A stretch of 11,961 nucleotides of DNA from Candidatus Thorarchaeota archaeon (GTDB lineage: Archaea; Asgardarchaeota; Thorarchaeia; Thorarchaeales; Thorarchaeaceae). The notes beneath the pieces are model-generated. The model saw nothing but the letters and a program-made list of their open reading frames with translations. It was not told the DNA's origin and made no database searches. The stretch covers positions 1-11,961 of the forward strand of contig JAEOTX010000050.1 in the NCBI GenBank assembly GCA_016839605.1. The letters are read 5' to 3'. This document shows positions 1 through 7,687 of the stretch, piece after piece; position 1 is the first letter of the stretch; each line of letters starts with the position of its first letter. A program made the translations under genes and the position numbers.

Positions 1-1
1 A

Positions 2-529
2 ATTATCGCAATTAGTGGTGGAACATGTGTTGTATACACTGACTTATGCATCGAGAGCGGGTTGAAAGTACCTAAGACCTCCAAAGAAACCCTAGTAAAA
101 CTCGACCCAATGATAAATGATGTAGGCACATCTCTAGGAAATCCTATTGATTTGGCTGCTGACTACTATGATTTGGAAAATATAGGCGAGATCATTAAGA
201 CTGTTGGAGAAGACAAGGGATTTGATTCAATAATACATGAGGCTGATCCTCATCACATTCATCATGTATGCTCTATACTGGGATTACAGGATGCGACAGA
301 GTTCTTCTGGAAGCTTATGTCTGAAGCGGGTCGGCACATAGTGGACAATGAAAACAAACCTGTACTCGTTGCAATACCAGAAGTAGCATATGCCGAAGCT
401 CGCATGAAGTCTTGGAATGTCTTTGTAGATGAAGGCCTTCCTGTTTTCCGAAATATGAGCGAGGCAATAGGAGCTCTTACGAAAGTCAACCAGTACTATG
501 AAACACGGGACAGAAGAAGCAGAGTTTAG
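2..529 (+). CDS. Acyl-CoA synthetase (NDP-forming, ACD/acetate-CoA ligase alpha-type), C-terminal part; 5'-truncated by the window edge
   Basis: The frame is open from base 2 (IIAISGGTCVVYTDLCIESGLKVPKTSKETLVKLDPMINDVGTSLGNPIDL). This matches the ACD ligase-domain pattern '(I)xxSGG..v...D.....GL..P..s.et...L.......s..NPxD'. It also has a KPVLV segment and a C-terminal GLPVF...EAIGAL. The ORF-track start at 62 (TTG) is internal. Confidence 0.8.
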   Translation: MIAISGGTCVVYTDLCIESGLKVPKTSKETLVKLDPMINDVGTSLGNPIDLAADYYDLENIGEIIKTVGEDKGFDSIIHEADPHHIHHVCSILGLQDATEFFWKLMSEAGRHIVDNENKPVLVAIPEVAYAEARMKSWNVFVDEGLPVFRNMSEAIGALTKVNQYYETRDRRSRV

Positions 530-534
530 ACCCT

Positions 535-1125
535 CTAATATCGGCCTCTCACTATCCATGAAACGAGTTCAGCATCCATCGCATTCCTTTCAATCATGGC
601 ATTCCTGTAAGCGGGATTCTGCAATTGAAGCCATACATGTTGAAAATCATAATCAAATCCAATGACTCTGAAGGCGGCCTCCAGTCCATAAGGTCGAAAT
701 GCCACATAAGCCAAAGTCATCACAGCCCCCACGAACACAAAGAACAAACCAGTCCAGATAGTTACTGGACGACCAAGATGGATATCACTTCCTATGAATA
801 TGAAGGCAAAGACAAGCATGCATAACGCCAATAAGGCGTAGAATGCGGAAATAGCTCTGAGCCTCATAATGCCGCCATCGTCAAGGCTGTGGTCTTCACA
901 TGCATAGACATGAAACGTCTTGACTTCGGGGGAAGGAATCCCCATTCGCCTCCTGTCATAGGGAGTCATTGGGCCAAGTGAAAGATACTGTGTTTTCTTC
1001 GGAGTGATCACCACTTTGTTAGTATGATTTGCCTCTCTTCCGCAAACCGGGCACAACTTGGGAAAGATGACTCGAGAAACCCTAACCCGGATAAGCGGGT
1101 CTTTGAAGGTCACTCTTCTCGACAT
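535..1125 (-). CDS. Hypothetical membrane protein, putative Zn-binding (CPVC...CEDH) with two TM helices
   Basis: The ORF track gives 535..1194, but the ATG at 1125 is preceded by SD-like GGAGTGA and is the preferred start. CxxC plus CxxH precede two hydrophobic segments (ISAFYALLALCMLVFAFIFIG; IWTGLFFVFVGAVMTLAYVAF). Confidence 0.75.
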   Translation of the reverse strand: MSRRVTFKDPLIRVRVSRVIFPKLCPVCGREANHTNKVVITPKKTQYLSLGPMTPYDRRRMGIPSPEVKTFHVYACEDHSLDDGGIMRLRAISAFYALLALCMLVFAFIFIGSDIHLGRPVTIWTGLFFVFVGAVMTLAYVAFRPYGLEAAFRVIGFDYDFQHVWLQLQNPAYRNAMIERNAMDAELVSWIVRGRY

Positions 1126-1209
1126 TAGGTCACTCCCAAGGAGTTTCACATTATCTTCATTATACAATTTAGTCTGTCGGAAACGGTAAGTCACGCAACT
1201 GGAAAGCAG

Positions 1210-1226
1210 TGGTCACTCTGTGACCA
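1210..1226. promoter_or_regulatory. Palindromic operator-like site TGGTCAC-tct-GTGACCA
   Basis: Perfect 7-bp inverted repeat with a 3-nt spacer in the intergenic region. Extra half-sites: TGACCA at 1233 and GTGACCA at 1264. Confidence 0.4.
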
Positions 1227-1278
1227 AAGCTTTGACCAGTATTTCTCAGAATTAGTATATCATGTGACCAGCCATACT

Positions 1279-1404
1279 ATGTATCGAACAATAATGGCGA
1301 TAGCTAAGAACATCAAGAAGGAATATGTGAAGAAGAAAATGACACGGGCCAAGGTCCAATCTACTGAAGCACTGGCCTATGCCTACTTCTATGTCGTGAG
1401 GTAA
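1279..1404 (+). CDS. Candidate small basic protein (41 aa; 36 aa from ATG 1294)
   Basis: Translates as MYRTIMAIAKNIKKEYVKKKMTRAKVQSTEALAYAYFYVVR*. It fills an otherwise empty gap, has an AT-rich TATA-like TTAGTATAT at about 1252-1260, and a hairpin plus T-rich tract downstream. Confidence 0.4.
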   Translation: MYRTIMAIAKNIKKEYVKKKMTRAKVQSTEALAYAYFYVVR

Positions 1405-1503
1405 TTCTCGTGCGGACTGTCATCCAATCAGAGTCACGTTCGCCTCAAGAATATCCACTCGCAAGAACCAGATTTAGGAACAACTACAATCTGTCATTGG
1501 CAT

Positions 1504-1548
1504 ATGTGCTCGCATTGGAAGCAACGTGAGCACATTACTCTCTTTTTC
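1504..1548. terminator. Hairpin at the LRR stop codon; possible terminator or 3'-stability element
   Basis: ATGTGCTCGCATTG-gaag-CAACGTGAGCACAT (1504-1535) forms a 14-position stem with an 8-bp perfect base, one wobble and one mismatch. On + it is followed by TACTCTCTTTTTC. Confidence 0.45.
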
Positions 1549-2668
1549 TCCCAGTATGAGACCTTGCAAGTCTGAAGATGAAACGTCTGAAGCTGCGAGA
1601 ACTATTATCCCAGTTTGGATGAGTAATCGATGGCACTCGCTTTGTAGCCAGGTCAAATCCCGCTTCGTCGAAGGCCGCTTTGACTTGCTTCATTTCTTCA
1701 AAGTTTGCAGTTAACCCGCAATCCAAGGCACTCAGCACATCAAATCCATAGGAGGTCATCCACATTGAATGAAGAAATGCAGCACCTTGAAATGTCTGCA
1801 CCTCGAAATCCTCAAGCTCTGTCTTCCTCTGCTCCACTATTGAGGGGATTAGCCGTGAAGCTCGTGTGTCCCGCATCTTCAGGACATCAAGGAAGAGAGT
1901 CGGGCCACCTTGCTCCACTTGAGCAGCTAGGAGCTCAACCACTCGGTCGTAGATGCGCTCTCTTGAAGACTCAAAGTCTTCTGCCGCAGAAACATCTGCC
2001 AGTATCTCCTTAGGGTCAGTATCCAGCCCTGAAAGCTCGTGCATGTTTAGAGACTCTAGAAGGCCTTTCTGCACATCAAACCAATCTGCCTTGGGTATCT
2101 TTGATAGGACTGATTCCATGCGCCGAAAAACAAGAGGCCATCCAAGCTTCTTTACTAGAGTATCATAATCGTACCATATGACTACTGGAGTAGCAGTCCA
2201 TGCTGTTCTGTCTGTCCGAACTGATTGGAATTGTGTCATGATTTTTTCTGGTGTGAGAATATATTTGAGAATATGGTCTGCAGTTATTACTACGCTAGAG
2301 TCGGTACGCAAGAGATTGCATGTGAATATGGGAGTTACATCCAGAGTCCTTAGTCGATTTTCGGTTAGTTCAATCTCAGCCAGATTAGGACAATTATGCA
2401 AAGGCCACAAATCCAGATCAGTGAGTCTGTTGTCTTTAAGACGAATTACTTGGAGCGATGCTATATCCCTTAATGGTTCCAAATCCAGCGACTCTATGAA
2501 ATTGTGAGAGAGTTCAAGTCTCTCTAGCTGATCGCATTTCTGCATTGGAGCAAGGTCGATGTCAATTACAGCTCTCATTGAAAGTTCAATTCGAGAGGCA
2601 TCACGCTTGAATTTACCTTCTTCTTGGCGACCGTGAGGGCTGACGTAACGAATAACAAACTCACTCAT
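1535..2668 (-). CDS. Cytoplasmic leucine-rich repeat protein (N-terminal LRRs plus unknown helical C-terminal region)
   Basis: 377-aa ORF with LxxLxLxxNxL-type repeats (LERLELSHNFI, LQVIRLKDNRL, LAEIELTENRL). No signal peptide or TM segment is evident. Confidence 0.88.
   Translation of the reverse strand: MSEFVIRYVSPHGRQEEGKFKRDASRIELSMRAVIDIDLAPMQKCDQLERLELSHNFIESLDLEPLRDIASLQVIRLKDNRLTDLDLWPLHNCPNLAEIELTENRLRTLDVTPIFTCNLLRTDSSVVITADHILKYILTPEKIMTQFQSVRTDRTAWTATPVVIWYDYDTLVKKLGWPLVFRRMESVLSKIPKADWFDVQKGLLESLNMHELSGLDTDPKEILADVSAAEDFESSRERIYDRVVELLAAQVEQGGPTLFLDVLKMRDTRASRLIPSIVEQRKTELEDFEVQTFQGAAFLHSMWMTSYGFDVLSALDCGLTANFEEMKQVKAAFDEAGFDLATKRVPSITHPNWDNSSRSFRRFIFRLARSHTGRKRE
2303..2590 (-). 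repeat. Four tandem 24-aa LRR units (protein-level repeat)
   Basis: IELSMRAVIDIDLAPMQKCDQLER / LELSHNFIESLDLEPLRDIASLQV / IRLKDNRLTDLDLWPLHNCPNLAE / IELTENRLRTLDVTPIFTCNLLRT. Confidence 0.85.
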
Positions 2669-2734
2669 TCAAATTCGGACCATATAGAATTATAGCGGAC
2701 TGGTTGATAAATGCAATTCCTGGTTTCAGATTGT

Positions 2735-5700
2735 TTAACCTGGAGCAGGTGGTGGAAGTTTCCTCTCACCTGCAATCAAGTACCCATCATCAATAGATTC
2801 AAGAATCATGATGTACGCTACACGTTCGCTATACCCAAGCATGACCAATGCTTTGATTATCGCCTCTGGCGCTACACCGTGATCAATGTTCAAAGAAGCC
2901 ATTGCCTCTGCTACTGGCTTAAGATGAGCGGGGAAACCTTTCTTTACTCCTACATAGCGAACCATGAGGGCACCATCGAAGTAGCTCTCGAATATTGGGT
3001 CGAACTTCTTAGCGAAGGCCTCAGACAGCTCCGGAGTATGGAACACCGCCCTCAATGTGTCTTCTTCATGATCATAAAGACCACCAACATCCCGGCCAAA
3101 CGCCTCTAGCTGAACTTTCTGCTTCTCGGAGGAACCTTCAAGTGTTATGATTGCACAAATGAGCACCTCGGTCTGAACGGCAGTGATGACCTCAGAAATG
3201 GGAATAGCTGCCCAAATCGGTTCATCCCACGAGAACTCGGCTCTGAATTGGGAAATAGCTGCGATGAAGGAGCTTAGCATTGCTTCCTCAAATCCACCCT
3301 TGAGAATCCGAGAATAGACTGGTAAGCCAACCTTTCTATGGATGATAAGCAGCCCAATCAAGTTCTTGGCATCATCAAGTCGTCCCTTTAGGGTGAGTAG
3401 TTCCAAGTTCCGTCTCGTCGTTGTAGTGTGATAGAATCTGCGAGTTACCATTGTGACAGAAATAACACCAAGCAATGCAAGTGCACCCAACATACCAGCC
3501 TGAAGGTAATTGACTAGGACTGTTCCCGGATTTGCTTGCGAGCTCAGCACAATGTCATATTGAACAGGCTGGAAGCTATCCTTGAAAACCGTTATTCGGA
3601 GCATATATAATCCAGGCGAGGGAACTGTGATATTCACTGTGTAGACTCCAAATGCTTCCACAAATGAACCTGTTTCCTCATAGACATTCCCGTTACCATT
3701 AGCATTCTCTACAGCATATTCCACTGCTGCACCAGCAAGTGCTTGTCCTGTATCAGCCGCGATTGGCGAAATCCTAATCATAAGAACCGAACCGGCCCGT
3801 TCGGAGTATGTCGTATTGATGGGATAGCTTGGAGACAGAATGACTGGGATACTAACCACTGAGAATCTGAAACTGAATTCTTGTTCTTGGTAGCCAGATT
3901 TTGTTAGCCACAGAGTAGCGTTATAATTGCCAGAAGCTGGAGTCAAAGAGAAGTTATACCATCCATTTCCAGAACCCTTGAATCTGTAAAAAGCACGAAT
4001 TGAAACGGAGGGAGTAAGTGCGGCACCTTGAATCCCATTTTCCAGAGTTGAGTTGTAGTAGAGTGCGAATTCGTAAGTTCTACTCTCATAATAGGATTCA
4101 GAAATGTCGTAACCTGAAACGGATGTAGGGACTTCAACAACATCAAAGATGAATGATGTATCATCAAATGCATAGCCAAATTGCTGGAATCTCACATAGA
4201 CTGCAAAGGAACCGACTGATGGCACTCTGATTGAGAATTGGTAATAGCCACCACCGTTATCTACCCAATCCACAATAGCTACCGGATTGTAGGTAATGTT
4301 GACGGATGCTCCTTCAATACCCACAGACTCTCCGTCTGAATAGTAGAGCGTGCAGGTGCATGTCTGGTTGTAATAGATTTCGTCAGGTAGCTCCTCGCCC
4401 CAAACAACTAAATCGGTCGAGATAGCTCCAACTATAAGATAGAATGATGTTGCCGCTGTGCTATGGTCTTCTTTGAGACCAGTGACTGTTATGAAGTATG
4501 TTCCACCGGTACTACCAGTGAATTCGATCGTGTAGTTCCCAGGTTCGCCAGGAACAGGATTGGCGTCTTCATATTCGATTCCTTGGTCCGGCCCGCTCCA
4601 AGTGGCAACGAATACATCTGCATTTGCAATTCCAGTGCCATCCAGAAACATGTATCTGAACTTCGCTTCATAGGTTCCGCCGGGGCTAATCTCGACATAA
4701 TAATTGCCAAGCGTAGTCATAACAGTGAGTGTCATGACCTGAATGTCAATTGTGCAATTCGCATTATCATAGTATGGAATTGAAGCATTAATCTCCATGA
4801 CCCAAATCCCGACTCCAATATGAGACGTATTGAAATCAGCCTCCCACCAACCTTTTGCAAGGTTGGGACTAAAGGACGCAGGTCCACCAGACCAATTGCC
4901 AGAAACGATGGCATCTCCATTCAGAATAGGTTCGCCTGTTTCTTGATCATGAATATATACAGCTGCAGTGAAGTTTTCACTGAGATTCCGCTCAATACTT
5001 GGAGTATGAGCAAACATTGTCAATGGATGGTGAACCTCAACGTGGACGTGTCCATAGGCTACTGCGCTTCCATTATTCCAAAACGCAGTTGCCATCCATT
5101 CACCAATTGTGGCATTGTATGAACCAAAAGTGAAGATTTCACTTGTGAGCATAAATCCAGTACCATTATTCATGTAAGCAGCAGCCCAGAATTCGTTGGA
5201 TGGGAGGTACAGTACAGTTTCAAGATTCATGACTTGAGAAGGAAAGTCAAAGGCAGTGCCAATCGTTACTTGAAACCTGATTTGGTCGCCAGATCTAAAG
5301 ATTGTGTTATCAATCCATTTAGATCCCGAAGAAATGAACTTCTGAGCCGTTACTTCCTTGGCGTAGTTTGGCCCCTGCATAGTAACTATCCACCATCCAA
5401 CTGAATTCACAAGCCCCAAGGGTAGTTCTATAATGCCATTGCCTGACTCAATTTGGTTTGTCAAATCAGAATCAAATGGATCGAAAACTGATGCATTCTC
5501 CCAATCCTTCGGGTGATTGACACTGAAGCCCATGTTTTCAGCGCCAGGATACGAAGGAACGTAAGTTAGCAACGTGAGATTGACTTGGGTGTCATAACTC
5601 GCGACATACGCGACCCCATATTCATTTAAGACAGTGGTATAGGAGGAATTTAGGAAACGAGTCATCCGGCTGACACGTGTGGCGCATTCAAAAGAAACGG

Positions 5701-7441
5701 AGGTATTGGATGACAGTGAGATCGGTATTTCGGTACGGATCCAATAGGAATAATTCGCAATTGAAATTCCAAATCCTGAGGATCCGACAATAGGCAAGTC
5801 CCCTAATGATGGCAATTGAACTCTTAAATCTACAGCTTCGCAATCCGGCGACTCAGCTGCAGTGAAAGAAACCTCATCAATCCAGAAGGTGACAAACATG
5901 GCATTTACCGGATCACCGCCTATATCAGGGTCAGATTCTGATATCTCTAAATATGATGAGCTCGCGTTTACCTCAAGCGAAATTCGAAGTTCGAATGATG
6001 ATGGAACACTGGGAATATTGACGGCAGTGTTGTTTAGACTGTACCATTCGCCACGATTTGTGATATTAACAGGATCAATGGACCATTCCCAGAGCGGCGT
6101 CAGGCCATCTAGAACCTCAATTTTGAAGGAAAAGATACCGGTATGATTGGGGCCGATTGGGCCATGTTGGTATAGGTAGTCAAGACTAAAATCGAAATCC
6201 TCAACTTCTTTGCTATTGTTTACAGTCTGATACCAATAGATCTTCGTCCCATTATAATGCCTGTAGCCAGCAGGAGCTGAAACTGCATAGCCTTCATTTT
6301 CAAGCACAACATAGGACGGGTCGGAATCGAGATAGCTCGCACGTTGTCTTCCGAAAGTAGACAGAATCTCTCTGCGGGCACGCCACCCAGAAGCATAGTA
6401 CTGGCCATCCCCACTCCAATCTTGATTGACACCCGGCAATCCAGTTTCGAAAGTCCCATTCAGTGCATATAGCTCCTTGAGATTCTGAACTCCAATCTCA
6501 ATCTGCTCTCCTTTCCATCCATTTTCCTCAGCAAAAACATCACGACTAAATGAGTAGCTTCCAGATGACACAAGATCTACTGAACTCGCAGAATCCGTAA
6601 GATCACCATCAAACTCGTAGTAATGCTGTAGACCAGGCTCATTGCCTTCGAGAGTTATTCGATAGTCACTAGCAATATCAACCAGACTCCTCTGAACATC
6701 ATAATACCGGAAATCGTCAATGTGACCATTAACTTGAGCAGATCTAGAGGCTGAATTCATAATATCATTCTCAGTCAGCAATCCAGAGAGAGTATCTGTC
6801 CAGGAGGTAGATACCAAATCCTCTTGTGGTTCATTTTGTTCGTCACCCCAGTATATACCTAGGAAATTTGTATTATCATTCCATACAATCGCAATGAAAT
6901 ACCAATTATCCTGAACCCAATCGTCCTTCACTCCTTGTAATGTTATATCACTCCCCCAATCCAATGTGAGTCTCCCGCTAGACCACCGGGTTTCGAATTC
7001 GAAATCCTGCCCCCAGAATCTCCCGTTGGGAGCAGTTCCATCCCATTTAATCCAGAGAGAAATTGTCCCTGCTGGGGATCCGAAGTCCGTCAATCCACCA
7101 GGCCCAACCAGAAATGACCCGCCCGTACAATCTGAAGAGTAATCATTTTCAGGACTCCCTGACGGGAGCCATACCTGATACATCGGATCTACCCCGTAAT
7201 CGGTTCGTCCTGGCTCATAATGAGTGGGTCCGGATGCAGATCCAGTGTGTTCTATTACAACAGGCTCGAGAACACCTGACATCGTATCGGCAACCTTGGA
7301 TTGCAGATTTCTATCGGGCTCATTAATTGCCTGTTCTTGTGGTTGTGATATTACTGACTCAGGCATCTGGAAGCTCATAAACGGCATCAACGCTAGCATG
7401 AGTATGACTATGGGTATCACTACTCTACTATGTTGAGGCAC
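2735..7441 (-). CDS. Large single-pass cell-surface glycoprotein: signal peptide, LamG-like jellyroll, beta-sandwich/Ig-like repeats, TM helix, cytoplasmic longin-like domain and putative winged helix
   Basis: 1568 aa; GTG start with GGAGG SD upstream; hydrophobic N-terminus (VVIPIVILMLALMPF). LamG motifs GTISLWIKW, WYFIAIVWN, GHIDDFRYY, LQHYYEFD (about 6600-7070). More than 20 NxS/T sequons. TM segment YLQAGMLGALALLGVISVTMVT followed by RRFY...RR (positive-inside). Cytoplasmic LIGLLIIHRKVGLPVYSR...MLSSFIAAISQFRAEF. Confidence 0.85.
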   Translation of the reverse strand: MPQHSRVVIPIVILMLALMPFMSFQMPESVISQPQEQAINEPDRNLQSKVADTMSGVLEPVVIEHTGSASGPTHYEPGRTDYGVDPMYQVWLPSGSPENDYSSDCTGGSFLVGPGGLTDFGSPAGTISLWIKWDGTAPNGRFWGQDFEFETRWSSGRLTLDWGSDITLQGVKDDWVQDNWYFIAIVWNDNTNFLGIYWGDEQNEPQEDLVSTSWTDTLSGLLTENDIMNSASRSAQVNGHIDDFRYYDVQRSLVDIASDYRITLEGNEPGLQHYYEFDGDLTDSASSVDLVSSGSYSFSRDVFAEENGWKGEQIEIGVQNLKELYALNGTFETGLPGVNQDWSGDGQYYASGWRARREILSTFGRQRASYLDSDPSYVVLENEGYAVSAPAGYRHYNGTKIYWYQTVNNSKEVEDFDFSLDYLYQHGPIGPNHTGIFSFKIEVLDGLTPLWEWSIDPVNITNRGEWYSLNNTAVNIPSVPSSFELRISLEVNASSSYLEISESDPDIGGDPVNAMFVTFWIDEVSFTAAESPDCEAVDLRVQLPSLGDLPIVGSSGFGISIANYSYWIRTEIPISLSSNTSVSFECATRVSRMTRFLNSSYTTVLNEYGVAYVASYDTQVNLTLLTYVPSYPGAENMGFSVNHPKDWENASVFDPFDSDLTNQIESGNGIIELPLGLVNSVGWWIVTMQGPNYAKEVTAQKFISSGSKWIDNTIFRSGDQIRFQVTIGTAFDFPSQVMNLETVLYLPSNEFWAAAYMNNGTGFMLTSEIFTFGSYNATIGEWMATAFWNNGSAVAYGHVHVEVHHPLTMFAHTPSIERNLSENFTAAVYIHDQETGEPILNGDAIVSGNWSGGPASFSPNLAKGWWEADFNTSHIGVGIWVMEINASIPYYDNANCTIDIQVMTLTVMTTLGNYYVEISPGGTYEAKFRYMFLDGTGIANADVFVATWSGPDQGIEYEDANPVPGEPGNYTIEFTGSTGGTYFITVTGLKEDHSTAATSFYLIVGAISTDLVVWGEELPDEIYYNQTCTCTLYYSDGESVGIEGASVNITYNPVAIVDWVDNGGGYYQFSIRVPSVGSFAVYVRFQQFGYAFDDTSFIFDVVEVPTSVSGYDISESYYESRTYEFALYYNSTLENGIQGAALTPSVSIRAFYRFKGSGNGWYNFSLTPASGNYNATLWLTKSGYQEQEFSFRFSVVSIPVILSPSYPINTTYSERAGSVLMIRISPIAADTGQALAGAAVEYAVENANGNGNVYEETGSFVEAFGVYTVNITVPSPGLYMLRITVFKDSFQPVQYDIVLSSQANPGTVLVNYLQAGMLGALALLGVISVTMVTRRFYHTTTTRRNLELLTLKGRLDDAKNLIGLLIIHRKVGLPVYSRILKGGFEEAMLSSFIAAISQFRAEFSWDEPIWAAIPISEVITAVQTEVLICAIITLEGSSEKQKVQLEAFGRDVGGLYDHEEDTLRAVFHTPELSEAFAKKFDPIFESYFDGALMVRYVGVKKGFPAHLKPVAEAMASLNIDHGVAPEAIIKALVMLGYSERVAYIMILESIDDGYLIAGERKLPPPAPG
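3530..5030 (-). repeat. About five degenerate ~95-105 aa Ig-like beta-sandwich repeats (protein-level)
   Basis: Recurring motif pairs PILNGDAIV/KGWWEADF, GIANADVFV/PGNYTIEF, GIEGASVNI/GGYYQFSI, GIQGAALT/NGWYNFSL and ALAGAAVEY/FGVYTVNI, each followed by a G.y...(v/l)...k.gy-like strand. Confidence 0.65.
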
Positions 7442-7687
7442 CTATTCGCCTCCGGAATGACAGCATACACTGTATCCAGACAGGATTTCCGTTGGAGCTC
7501 CCTAATTAGTAGCATCCTGATTAGCAACAGTGTTGCATACTAACAGGACATACACGATTCCTAGGTATATCAGCAAATGTGGTTTGGACAGCAAACCATT
7601 CGCGGTTAGTTTTACCAGTCATCAGGGATGGTGCGGCTGCCCGCTTCATTTTTATTTGAGGTCTTAACAAGTAACTCCGATAGGCAG

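Noticed and set aside
262-825. Short ORFs 262..489, 284..559 and 625..825
   Set aside because: Antisense shadows of better-supported genes, with no recognisable motifs.
1126-1194. N-terminal extension of the Zn-membrane ORF from GTG 1194
   Set aside because: The SD-like GGAGTGA directly precedes ATG 1125, so the extension is probably untranslated.
1474-2507. ORFs overlapping the LRR gene (1474..1656, 1526..1714, 1705..2013, 1953..2168, 2178..2507)
   Set aside because: Antisense or alternate-frame shadows with no protein-like features.
2711-7436. Multiple 60-130 aa ORFs within the giant surface gene
   Set aside because: Nested in a 4.7-kb well-supported CDS and expected by chance.
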